A stretch of DNA of 63,876 bases, counting the filler, from Craspedostauros australis (taxonomy: Eukaryota): assembly GCA_030167865.1 (NCBI GenBank). It is 7 parts of 7 records of this genome, joined end to end, with 100 filler letters (N's around TTAATTAATTAA, not from the genome) between each part and the next. Parts side by side here need not be neighbours in the genome. Positions count along the whole stretch, not along the records: positions 1,299 to 26,138 come from JALAGF010001442.1; positions 26,239 to 27,781 come from JALAGF010001443.1; positions 27,882 to 46,348 come from JALAGF010001444.1; 4 more parts are not named here. One strand, given 5' to 3'. Below are positions 23,001-33,384 of this stretch, in pieces. A program made the translations under genes and the position numbers. A model generated the notes under the pieces. The model was not told where the DNA came from, ran no database searches, and saw nothing but the letters and a program-made list of their open reading frames with translations. How positions within the stretch are numbered: the first letter of the stretch is position 1; every line of letters starts with the position of its first letter.

Positions 23001-25738
23001 AGCGAGAACGAGATGACAACAACAACGGCGACGGTGACGACGATGGTCTGATGTGCGACAATACGAGTAGTGCTCGTATGTCCTCGATGGAACTGCCCTC
23101 GTCTGACAAACAGGAAAGGCAGACCATCGGTGTCGCGATCTCTCCCACATAGGGTGCAGTCATGAACCATCCATCCCTGCCATGCGTGCTTCCGTGTCTA
23201 CGTGCGTATGTGGGCATACGGATGGACAGATTGGTGAACAGATGGCAGAGCCGTTTTGCATCTCATGAACCGAGGCCACCTGCATCGAATGTCGTACAAG
23301 AACAACAGCGAAAGCAAAAGAGCAGAGTACCAATAGCAGGGAGGCCAGATGAAATCGGATCTGGTGCAGGGAGTGACGGAAGAATGGATAGAACATGAGT
23401 ACTCGTAGCCAGTAGAGCGCCACGATTATGTACGAGTACGAGCTATGCCGGAGCCGGGTGGGGTGTGTGTTCTATGCCACGTCTGCGGATGTCCGGCGGC
23501 TTCAGGCCATCCTTCTCGGATCAGTCTCGGTGAGGACAATGTCCTCTATCATTCATGTTACTCCATCCAGGTGTCGCCCAACCATCCGATCAGATAGCCA
23601 CTCCAAGCAGCGAATTCTCCAAACACCCAGAGACCACCGTATCCAATCTAATCTAATCTATTCCAACAGATGCAGCTCAACGCAGCTGGATCTGACTCAA
23701 TCCAACCCAAGAGACACACCGCTACTTCCATTCCAAAGTATGGTAGGGTCCAAACACATGTCTGAGGTGGTCATGGGTCTTCGTCTCTGTGACCACCGAC
23801 ACTTATCATCCCAATCGCTACCATCAGCGCGAATGCCTGTGTTGTTGCCGCCACCATTGGTAGCTGATTGTCAATCCGATCTTCGCTCGGGTGCCTGGCA
23901 GAGCAACATTCATTTGTCACCTTCGCTCTGTTCTCACTCGTGATAGTCGTCCTCGCCACACCCGAATGTTGTATCCAGAACCCCCCGACGCTCCCGAAGC
24001 CCTCTCGGAAACGAAAACGTCACAAAACGAAACATCAACAGTGATGGCAACGGCGGTGAGAGGGCAACGCTTCTTCCTTTCTTCGCGTCTTCACTTCTTC
24101 ACTTCTTCACTTCTTTCACTTCTTCCCTTCTGCTCCTCGTCACTCACTCATCAGAACCAAACAACAATGAACATCGTCACAACGCAGACATCTGGACAAC
24201 CGGAAACGAAACATCGGCAAGCGTGATGCAAGACGCCAGATGGCAGGTCTTGGGCAGAGCATGTTCACCGGCTCTCAGCATCTCATGTGCTATCAATGTT
24301 GCAGGCTTTCCGCCATCGGATAGTGTTGAACGTCGGCAGATGGCAACGGAAGCAGCATCTTCGAACAATGAACATCTGCGCCACATCAGAGCAGCAGATC
24401 ATCAAACCATCTCGGTCTCCGATCGTTTCACGAATGCATTCAGTTTCCATTGTGTTTGATGCCACAGAACTCAGTACATTACGAAAGGCCACGATGTGCT
24501 GATCCCCCGTGTGATTGAATTGGATTGATGTGTGTTGTGTAGTGTAGTATGTTGCTGTCTCTCAAGAGATTTGGAGCTCGATGAGCTACTTTGCTTGGCT
24601 GTACTGGTACCATCCTGCTAATTGCAGCATAGTAGTGTGCCTCTACTCTACTCTACTTTGCTCTCCTTGTACCATGTTGTGTTGTGTTGAACTGCATTGC
24701 ATGACATTGCATTGTGTCGTGTCACCCTACATCGTATTCGTAATGTGTGTGGCGCCGCGTCATGTGGTGTCACATTTGTCGAATAGAATCAGGCTTCGGA
24801 TCGCTTGTTTCGCCTTTGTGGTGTGTGTTGTTACTGTAGTCGATGACGCGTTTGCATGTTCTCTACTGCAACAGGAACAGCTGGAAGATGTCGCATCTGC
24901 ATCAGAAGTTCAAGTAGCCAGCAACAACGCTTAACAATCCATCATTGGACTGCGTGTCTGTTACCCGAGGTTTGTTCGACGTTGTAGGGTTTTGTCTGTT
25001 TTCTGGTTTGGATGTTGTGTTGGTTGTGTTTTCATTGTGTGTTTGTGGTTGCGGTTACGGATCAAGTGACAGGCGTGTCCGCGGGATGGCGAGGGCGATA
25101 ACATCTGTGCTGTCCGAGTATTTATGCGCGTTTCTGGTTGTTGTCGCCGATTGCATCCGCGGAGAGTACATCTGTGCGTGGCATTTGTTCCTCTCCCATC
25201 TTCCTTCCTTCCTTCCTTCCTTTCCGTAGGTCTGGTCTGGTTTGGTTGGCGCTGTTGCCTTGTTTTGCTCGTCAGTTTGCTGCCTGTTGTGCCTCGGTTT
25301 GTCTCCTCCCTTGCATGATGAGATTGTGGAGCACAATTGCGCAGTCTGCAGCGGTTCGACTATTTGGGAGAGTACTTGCTACTACGTGTACTTCTGTACT
25401 ACGATGCTCACACTCCACGCTGCGGAAAGAAGCGGAAGAAAAAAATGCACACAAGCAACACGCACTCGCACACACGAAAAGGCGAGAGAGTCCGCGTCAG
25501 CAACCTCAATGGTCACAAACAAACGACGACGAACATCCGAAAGTGAAAAACTCACAAACGACAACGACAGCAAGCAATCAATCAAAGAAGAACAAGCAAT
25601 CAAACAACTGCAGCCAGACCAACAACCTGGCAAGCAAGAGATCAAGGAGACCAACAATACGCAAGCAAGCAAGCAAACACACACACAAACACGAGGGCAG
25701 CAAGGTAAGCAGCAACACCACCATGGCGCCATGATCGC

Positions 25739-26083
25739 ATGAGATTCGAAGAGGAGGCGCTAACGACAGAACGGAAAGAAGAGAAGGCACAGAACACAAA
25801 GCAACAACCAAGCAGAGAGGCAAACCAAACCAAGATGACGAAAACACTGGCACAGATGAGAAGACCAACACTGCTATCGCGCCAATCGAGTGCATTCAGC
25901 AACGAGACGAAAACCAACGAGAGGCGCAACATCATCGAAATGACGGCGCGGAGTCAATGGAGAGAAACTGCGTATTGCAACCACGATCTTCACGAGTTGG
26001 GCAGTCGCCAAAGACCACAACGACAGAGCCAAAGAAGCAAAGGGATAAAGCGACAAATTCAACGACGCGCAATCTGTTTCTGA
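25739..26083 (+). CDS. Possible small basic protein (114 aa)
   Basis: ATG follows a CA-rich leader. No family recognised. Confidence 0.3.
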   Translation: MRFEEEALTTERKEEKAQNTKQQPSREANQTKMTKTLAQMRRPTLLSRQSSAFSNETKTNERRNIIEMTARSQWRETAYCNHDLHELGSRQRPQRQSQRSKGIKRQIQRRAICF

Positions 26084-26138
26084 CATTTTGGACGGTACCG
26101 AAACATCGCCATCTGCGACAGCAACGACAACAACACAA

Positions 26139-26238
26139 NNNNNNNNNNNNNNNNNNNNNNNNNNNNNNNNNNNNNNNNNNNNTTAATTAATTAANNNNNN
26201 NNNNNNNNNNNNNNNNNNNNNNNNNNNNNNNNNNNNNN
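26139..26238. other. Artificial contig linker
   Basis: N44-TTAATTAATTAA-N44. Confidence 0.98.
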
Positions 26239-27780
26239 GGTTTGGATGACCATAGGTGTCCTCTCGTCGTTTTGGAGGACGGCCTTGATCTGAGCTGTGG
26301 GGTCGGGAGGCATCTGGAAGATTGATGGTTGCATCATTGTTGGTCCTCGGTCGCTGGACATGATGTATCCGGATCGAAGGCGTCGGGGTGACGGGTATGC
26401 TATCGCTGGTCGGGCATTCGTTCGGGCTCTCTTGTTAGCATTGCTGATCTCCGGAGTGTCGGGGGTCGATGGTAGGGGATGCTTCGAGGCACGGAGTTGG
26501 CGGGTATTGGCGTTCGTGTACTCATTGTAGTTCACGGGTGCCGGGTACGCGGTTGCTACTGGCACGTCATCATCGGTTGGTTCCTCTGGTGGTGTAGGGA
26601 CCTCTGGTTGCTCATCCTGGGTTGTGGGAGGCACTGGTTCTGCCGTCTCGGTAGGTTCTTCCATGGTCGTGGTGGGGGCACTTTCCGTGTTGATGGTCCC
26701 GCTTGTGGATTTCTTGGCGGATCTGACCTGTTTGATCATCTTGATTCCCGACGTTCCCGAGGAAATGGTGGAGTCCTCGGATTCGTCGAAGAGCCCCTCT
26801 CTTTTGGGACGGTTGTTTTGCTTGCTGCTGGTTCCAGAGCTGGGTCGTCGCGACGCTTGGCTTCGTTTGGTCGACTTGCCTTCTGGTCGGTAGATGGACC
26901 CAGAATCGTCGCTGTCGCCGGGCTCTGGGATGGATGTGCTGTCCACGGAATGGTCGGCTGGGATCATGGGCTTTGGGCGTACCTTGTCGGTATACCCTTG
27001 TCCATCTCGCGTGGCTGTCAGGATTTTGGACGCCGGTGATGGTCGTGAGGATCGCCTGACGGGAGGTCTGGGGTGGCTGATTACCGCTCCACTTGCGATC
27101 TCTGCNTCNACGTCGATCACNCTTCCTGGGTCNTGCGATTCTTGGTCNNCNTCGCGNTNNGCCTCTGATTCAGATTCCAGATGGCTGGNTTCTTCTGCGG
27201 ACATCTTTTCGTCGAAGTATCCGTCAGGGATCTCGTCCAGGAACCTTCCTTCTGGTGTCTCTCCCTCTTCGAGACTGGGACGGCTGTCTTCGAGGGATGG
27301 TATTCCATTGACCATCTCATCATTGTCGGTGGGAGGAAGGGGCTCGTTTGCGAGTGCTTTCTTCTCTCGTGCGAGGTTGGTGGCGAGGGTGTCGCTTTGT
27401 TTTCGGACCATTCGTGCCTTCCTTGCGCGTGCGAGGATGATCGGGATCCGGTTCTTCCTCACTTTGAAAAAGTGGCATATGGATGGCTTCCGCATGGTTG
27501 CGCGGTACTCGTCGGGTGGTTCGCCCCATGCGCCGTCCTCCTTGGGGTAGAAGCACTGACCATCGGCTATGGCGATGCTGAGGACCTCGGTGGTTTGGAG
27601 GTCGTTATCCAGGTACTCGGAGAGGGTGAGAGGGTAGATGGATTGCTTCTCTACGTGGGAAACACGGCCGGCTGGTGTATTATCGTTTCCCTTCGTACAG
27701 AAGATTCGGACTCTGCGGCCACTGTATCCGACGACGATTCCTTGGAAGGGTCCCTTCTTTCCTGCGGGATATAGTACCCT
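26239..27780 (-). CDS. Internal fragment of a long ORF, possibly repeat- or transposon-derived
   Basis: One frame is open across the whole 1.5-kb contig (RVLYPAGKKGPFQGIVVGYSGRRVRIF... then disordered sequence). Scattered single Ns suggest a collapsed multi-copy or heterozygous consensus. Confidence 0.5.
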
Positions 27781-27781
27781 G

Positions 27782-27881
27782 NNNNNNNNNNNNNNNNNNN
27801 NNNNNNNNNNNNNNNNNNNNNNNNNTTAATTAATTAANNNNNNNNNNNNNNNNNNNNNNNNNNNNNNNNNNNNNNNNNNNN
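27782..27881. other. Artificial contig linker
   Basis: N44-TTAATTAATTAA-N44. Confidence 0.98.
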
Positions 27882-27906
27882 TGGATCACGAGTGACAAAA
27901 TGTATC

Positions 27907-28081
27907 GATTTATTTAGACGTCATTAGATATATTTAGACGTCATTTGATTTATTTAGACGTCATTCGAATTAAATAGTCGTCATTAGATTTATTTAGACG
28001 TCATTAGATATATTTAGACGTTATTTGATTTATTTAGACGTCATTCGAAATAAATAGTCGTCATTCGACTTATTTAGATTT
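27907..28081. repeat. 20-bp minisatellite (GATTTATTTAGACGTCATTN) x about 9 with an 80-bp higher-order period
   Basis: Four variant units repeated twice. No spacers. Confidence 0.92.
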
Positions 28082-28575
28082 AGGCGCTGATTGTCATCGG
28101 TATTGACGGGACTCGGTCATTTGGGCCANCGGCATCGATGCCTCGTTGTATTTGTCCGAAGTAGGACCAACATGATGTCTCACTAAGTTCTTCGAAAGGA
28201 GGTTCGTTCTTCGCCAATCGCGGAATGTCAATTGAGGCTTTCTTGTGTCTGGTGACAAAATCGTTTTTCAATGTCGAATTAGTCGTACTAGTCGAGTTTC
28301 CGTCTCCGCTGCTTTTTGCCGGGTGTCCCTGTCAAAAAGGTGAGCGAAAACACGACCACCTCCAATACAACAAAGCAAACAAAAGGAAGCAGAACAAAAA
28401 GTCATCAAAGGTGATCGGCAGGCGCGGCAGAGAGAGGAAAGAGGCATTCGTTGTTGGAACTTGTTCACACGAAGCACAACAACAAACAAGCACCCCCTGT
28501 CATGGATCGTATGCATGACACTCTACAAAGCAGACCAATTCACAAGCAGAGCAGTACAGAACAGAAAGCAGAGGT

Positions 28576-30165
28576 ATGAGCCGTTCCGAGCCTCTTCTTC
28601 CAACCTCAGATCATACCAGCGACAACAACGTCGACAACAACGACGATCACAACGACGATCACAACAACGGTAACAACGTCGATAACAACGTCGATAACAA
28701 CGACGGCAACGACAGCGACGATACGACCATGAGAGAATCAATGTTGGCAGGGCCATTCAATGCGAGCGTATTCTTCGGCTCCGTCGCAAACCTATGCTCC
28801 GCAACGTTGGGAGCCGGCATCCTGGCATTGCCATTCGCCTTCTACCAGGCCGGTCTGGTGTGCGGCCTCCTGCTGCTGTTCCTCAGCGGATGGGCCACGT
28901 GCGCCTCCATCCGACTGCTGGTGCACGTATGCCACGTGCATTCCATCGCCACGTACGAGCAGGTCGTCGAGCACGTGCTGGGAAAGCGGGGGCGCAAGCT
29001 CGTGGAGTACTCGATCATCATCTTTTGCATCGGCTGCGCGGTCGGGTACATCATCGCCGTCGGTGACATCGTGCAGCAGGTGCTGTCCTTCCCCATGTCC
29101 AAATCCACCAAGAGCATCTTCACAACGTGCGTGTGGGCCTGCGCCATGCTGCCTCTGTCGTCGTTGCGCAGGATGAAGTCGTTGGAATGCGCCAGCACCG
29201 TCGGCATCACGAGCATCGGCATTCTCCTGCTGGCAGCGACCGTCCATTTGTTGGAGAATGATTACCGTTCCGAGAGAGGCTCCATCACCCCCAATCTCTT
29301 GGACGCTGGTTCCAACAGCACCACCATCCACCGCGGCACGCTTCAATCGTTGGAACACTACATCTGGCCGGCCAATTCCAGCTGGCAATCCGTGCTCAGA
29401 GCATGCCCCATCGTATTCTTCGCCTTTTCCTGCCAAGTCAACGTGTGTCAGATCTACGACGAGATGCCGCAATCGACCAACGACGCCGCGCGCAAGAACA
29501 TGATGAACATGGTCGCTCTGGCATCCGTGTCGATGTGCAGTTTCCTCTACTCCAGCATCTCGCTCGTGACGCTGATCGATTTCGGCAGCGGCATCCTGCC
29601 CAACATCCTCAGTTGCTACTCGACCAAAACAGCCAACATGCTGCTGCACGTCGCGTTCGGCGCGATGGCGATCGCCGTCGTCATGGCCTATCCCTTGAAT
29701 ATCTTCCCTGCCCGCGTCAGTATCTCGCATATGATCCACAAATCGAGGCAAGAGGCGCCGGAAATCGACGATGAACGCAGGACGCTGATAGCCGATGACG
29801 TCGAATTGGATGCAGAGAACATCGAAGATAGTGACGAGAACGTCGACGAGATCAGCGCAGACGAGGAGGAGGCTATGTCCGATTGGGAACATTACGGTCT
29901 CACGTTTGTCATATCGGCAGGCACGTTGCTGTTGGCATTGATCCTGCCCAATATCTCCGTCGTATTCGGTCTGCTGGGCGGCACCACCAGCTCGCTGCTC
30001 GGCTTTGTCCTGCCTGGATTGCTGGGAATCTACGGCGATACCAACAACGAACTTGCCTGGAACGATCGGCTGTCGGCGTGGATACTGGTCGTGGCAGGCA
30101 CTGTCGTCGGTATTCTGACGACCGGTGTGACTGTCTACAGCACGATACAAGAACTTGTGGAGTGA
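28576..30165 (+). CDS. Amino acid/auxin permease (AAAP, SLC38-like) transporter
   Basis: Motifs NLCSATLGAGILALPFAF, FFAFSCQVNV and GLLGGTTSSLLGFVLP, with about 11 TM segments. Confidence 0.93.
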   Translation: MSRSEPLLPTSDHTSDNNVDNNDDHNDDHNNGNNVDNNVDNNDGNDSDDTTMRESMLAGPFNASVFFGSVANLCSATLGAGILALPFAFYQAGLVCGLLLLFLSGWATCASIRLLVHVCHVHSIATYEQVVEHVLGKRGRKLVEYSIIIFCIGCAVGYIIAVGDIVQQVLSFPMSKSTKSIFTTCVWACAMLPLSSLRRMKSLECASTVGITSIGILLLAATVHLLENDYRSERGSITPNLLDAGSNSTTIHRGTLQSLEHYIWPANSSWQSVLRACPIVFFAFSCQVNVCQIYDEMPQSTNDAARKNMMNMVALASVSMCSFLYSSISLVTLIDFGSGILPNILSCYSTKTANMLLHVAFGAMAIAVVMAYPLNIFPARVSISHMIHKSRQEAPEIDDERRTLIADDVELDAENIEDSDENVDEISADEEEAMSDWEHYGLTFVISAGTLLLALILPNISVVFGLLGGTTSSLLGFVLPGLLGIYGDTNNELAWNDRLSAWILVVAGTVVGILTTGVTVYSTIQELVE

Positions 30166-30561
30166 TCGTCGCATGCATATCATAATGATTTCTGTCTGCT
30201 GTAGAGTATTGTACTCTAACGTACTTGCAGGTGCAATATATGCAACTCTGAGCAGCTGTGACCTTGTGCTATTCTTCGTCGTGCTGGTTTGCTGTGAAGG
30301 GTGCTGTTGACGATACCAAGGGCATTCAATTGAGCATGAAGTCTCTCTAGCTTCCAAGCACGTAGTGCGCGGTTCTCACCTGTTTTCATCCGAGTCGCAG
30401 ATCTTCCCCAACACAACACACAACCCCAAGAAACAGACTGGTGACCTCAACCTTGACTCGACATCGAGGCCCGCATCGACAACATCACCCACTCCTTCAC
30501 ACAAGCCACACCTCATCTCACGCCAACATTCATAAACACGCAAAGACGCAAAGACGCGGCA

Positions 30562-31290
30562 ATGAAGATCAACAAACCACCCGCTCCCTCTGCAGCGACC
30601 GCGACGGCGCAGGATTACATCCGCTTCCACGGCATGCTGTGCAGCCCCTCCACCGCCAAACGATGCATCGAATCTTTCGGTCATGGCAGGACGCTCTTTG
30701 CCTCGCAAAGCATTTACGATCGCCTCGGCAAGCCGCAGCAAGACAACCACCAACTCCTTACGACCTTCGATTGGAGCGTCAACAACAAGGAAAACGGCGT
30801 GACGTCATTGTCGGTCGTCTCCTACTACCTCCTCGTGCTGGCGTCTTTCACGGGTCTGTGCAGCTTGTTGCGACGCACGAAGCTGCTGCATCACAAGCAG
30901 TGCGATATAGCGATCCATCGCGACCATGACTGCGTTCGATCCACCCAGTTTCCGAGCCTGTCGATTCCCAACGCCGTCATTCGGTACTTGTTCGATGTGG
31001 CCCAACAGCAACCAGAGCAACCGACGGAACAGACCCAGTTGATAAAGACGACGACTGCAAATACCGAGCCATCTCTGAGGCTCGTGCAACGATTCGAATT
31101 TTCCTTCGGTTCGTTCCTGTCGGTGATGATGCTACATTTCGTCAGCGATCACAATGGCCGAAAGGGGCGGCATTTGGTGGAGACCTACGAAATTCATTCC
31201 CCACTCCTGAATCGATTCAATTCCTTCTGCAACCGATGGTTGAATGGGAGAAGAGAGAGGGTGGACAACAAGAACCGTGGCGGAGATTGA
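30562..31290 (+). CDS. Hypothetical protein
   Basis: 242-aa ORF with a CA-rich leader and typical codon usage. No family recognised. Confidence 0.6.
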   Translation: MKINKPPAPSAATATAQDYIRFHGMLCSPSTAKRCIESFGHGRTLFASQSIYDRLGKPQQDNHQLLTTFDWSVNNKENGVTSLSVVSYYLLVLASFTGLCSLLRRTKLLHHKQCDIAIHRDHDCVRSTQFPSLSIPNAVIRYLFDVAQQQPEQPTEQTQLIKTTTANTEPSLRLVQRFEFSFGSFLSVMMLHFVSDHNGRKGRHLVETYEIHSPLLNRFNSFCNRWLNGRRERVDNKNRGGD

Positions 31291-31936
31291 ACTGGAGGAG
31301 AAAGATGAGAGGGTAACACGAAAACAGCGTTCCGATGCGTCAAGATCATCTGCGGCGTGCATTCTCATAAGCATCGCCGGCCATGCTTCATGCCTGGAAC
31401 ACGATGGCATGCCCAGGCAACGCCGTGGGAATACAAGGAGTCAAGTGGAGCGGTGAGCTTCCACATTTTTGGGAGTGGACAGTACAATCATTCGTTTGTT
31501 CTGTCGTTGTACTATTTGCATAGTAACCAATGGGTACAGGATAGAGTTTACTTCAACACTCAACTTTTCAGCTTCACGGCAGTACGACGCACATCGTTTA
31601 TCGCAAAGGCAAGGGAGGCCTTGCTATTCTCCAATCGTAGACTTCCCTGTGGCTGTTGCTCACTCGTGTTTGTCGTTTCGAAGAATTGTTCGCTGTTCGC
31701 AGAGAGGCGAAAAACGTCCAACCTCACAGAACATCAACAACTCGACAAGCAGGCCAAGAAAAAGGGCGAACAAATGCCACCAGCAAGCAACGCGGAGAGG
31801 CAGCGTCTCCCATCTGCAGTTCCCGACAGCCACTCCTCGGACTTCCATCATAGTAGAATAGTATTGTCGCTGCAGAGTCAAGAGAGGCACAACGAGACGA
31901 TCGAGTACGACCTATCTGACAACTGTTGCTGTTGGG

Positions 31937-31945
31937 TATATATAT
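31937..31945 (+). promoter_or_regulatory. TATA-like box about 25 nt upstream of the tRNA-like element
   Basis: TATATATAT in an otherwise mixed-composition context. Confidence 0.35.
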
Positions 31946-31961
31946 CTCACTTGTACCGAAC

Positions 31962-32047
31962 GTGTCAGGAGCGCTGGGACGCGTGAAGTACTGGATTTAC
32001 TTTTGTCCTCCTCGGGAGGGTGCGGGTTCGATTCCCGCCCTGGCACG
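31962..32047 (+). ncRNA. Non-canonical tRNA-like cloverleaf (8-bp acceptor, 5-bp T stem, long variable arm, GGA in anticodon position)
   Basis: Acceptor GTGTCAGG/CCTGGCAC plus G. D-like arm GCGC-TGGGAC-GCGT. Anticodon arm GAAGTA-CTGGATT-TACTTT. Variable arm TCCTCC-TCG-GGAGGG. T arm GCGGG-TTCGATT-CCCGC. Confidence 0.65.
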
Positions 32048-32130
32048 AACAAGTGACGATTTGACACTATCCACCCCTCGATCCAATGATAGTCCTAATA
32101 CCGAACAGCATTCAACCTTTCCTCCACAGC

Positions 32131-33252
32131 ATGAGGAAGGGCGGGTGGGTGGGCACAATGATCCTGATTCTGGCATGCATCATGATGGCGGTCATGGCCG
32201 TCACGAGAACTGTCGCTCCGGACATGGTGGAAACGGGCAGGACAATCCAAGTTTCCACCGAGGATCGTATCCGTGGCGCTGTGTTTGGAGCGCTGGTGGC
32301 AGACGCGATGACGTTGGGTTCTCACTTCGAGTACGATGCCTCAAGGATTCGTCGCGCCTACAACGATCACCTCATCCCTCACTACATGGCGCCTGGCGAC
32401 CGTCTCGACATGCAGAGGGACGATGGCGAGTGGGCAGCTCGACGATACCATCCGGGAACAGTCGCTGGCGATCAGACAGACAATGGCCAGTACAACCTCC
32501 TCGTCTTGGAGTACCTGGCGGAGATCAACGACAGCGACACCACATTCCAAGACAACGCCAAATTCCTCATGCATTGGGAAGACCGCGTCTTCCGCGACGA
32601 TTGGAAGCAATGGCGATGCGCCATGACGAACATGACGCGGCGTTTCATCCACATGGGACGCAGCAAGAAACAGCTGGGCGGACATGCCGATGTCTTGGTC
32701 ATCCGATCGACTCCATTCCTGGGATTCTCCGACGACGAGGACACTGTCGTCGAGTACGCGCAAAAGGCGATCTTCACGCACCGCGGCAGGTTGACGCGCT
32801 TGGGCAACGCGTTCTTCACACGCGTGAGTTTTCGGTTGATCCATGACGATGCGACACCGCGCGCTGTCATCGAGCAGGTCGCGGACGATATGGAAGATCA
32901 TTGGATATCTCAGCGCGTGAAGGAAGCCCTGACGACGCGGCAGGAGTTTGCGGATGATGCGGCGCTGACGCAGAAGGGGAGTTCAACGCAGGAGGTGTTG
33001 CAGGGTGCCATCTACTTCATCGTGAAGTACGCGGACGACATGGAGATGGCGTTTCAGGCCAACACGATGGTGGGCGGCGACAGCGCAAGTCGTGCCATCG
33101 CCATCGGGATGGTGCTGGGGGCGTATCATGGTGTGGATGCGATCAGTTCGCCGTGGAGAGAAGACTTGAACAGTTGGTATCAAACCGAGGAGTGGTTGGC
33201 AAACATGCCGCTGTTGCGTGGAACACATGCCCGAATTGCGACTGAGCTGTAG
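32131..33252 (+). CDS. ADP-ribosylglycohydrolase family protein (J1-crystallin-like subgroup) with predicted signal peptide
   Basis: Motifs DRIRGAVFGALVADA, GDQTD and NTMVGGDSASRAIAIGMVLGAYHG. Hydrophobic N-terminus MILILACIMMAVMAV. Start could be 32086, 32131 or 32158. Confidence 0.85.
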   Translation: MRKGGWVGTMILILACIMMAVMAVTRTVAPDMVETGRTIQVSTEDRIRGAVFGALVADAMTLGSHFEYDASRIRRAYNDHLIPHYMAPGDRLDMQRDDGEWAARRYHPGTVAGDQTDNGQYNLLVLEYLAEINDSDTTFQDNAKFLMHWEDRVFRDDWKQWRCAMTNMTRRFIHMGRSKKQLGGHADVLVIRSTPFLGFSDDEDTVVEYAQKAIFTHRGRLTRLGNAFFTRVSFRLIHDDATPRAVIEQVADDMEDHWISQRVKEALTTRQEFADDAALTQKGSSTQEVLQGAIYFIVKYADDMEMAFQANTMVGGDSASRAIAIGMVLGAYHGVDAISSPWREDLNSWYQTEEWLANMPLLRGTHARIATEL

Positions 33253-33384
33253 GTTAGCGTGGAATTTAATGAGCGACTCAACAAGAACGGCCATTGTTGC
33301 GAGAGAGGGAGGGACATACTGCACACAGGGAAAGCTCGCTCATGTAACTCATAACTCTCTGCGAGTACATAGTACTTGGCGTAT

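Noticed and set aside
20100..25700. Numerous short ORFs in the long intergenic region
   Set aside because: Low-complexity CA/GT-rich sequence with no coherent codon bias or recognisable motifs.
27907..28081. CRISPR array
   Set aside because: Contiguous tandem units without unique spacers, no cas genes, and a eukaryotic context.
28792..30357. 521-aa antisense ORF (likewise 19091-20128, 49105-50217 and 59493-60593)
   Set aside because: These are shadows of GC3-biased or low-complexity sense genes, with no protein-like motifs.
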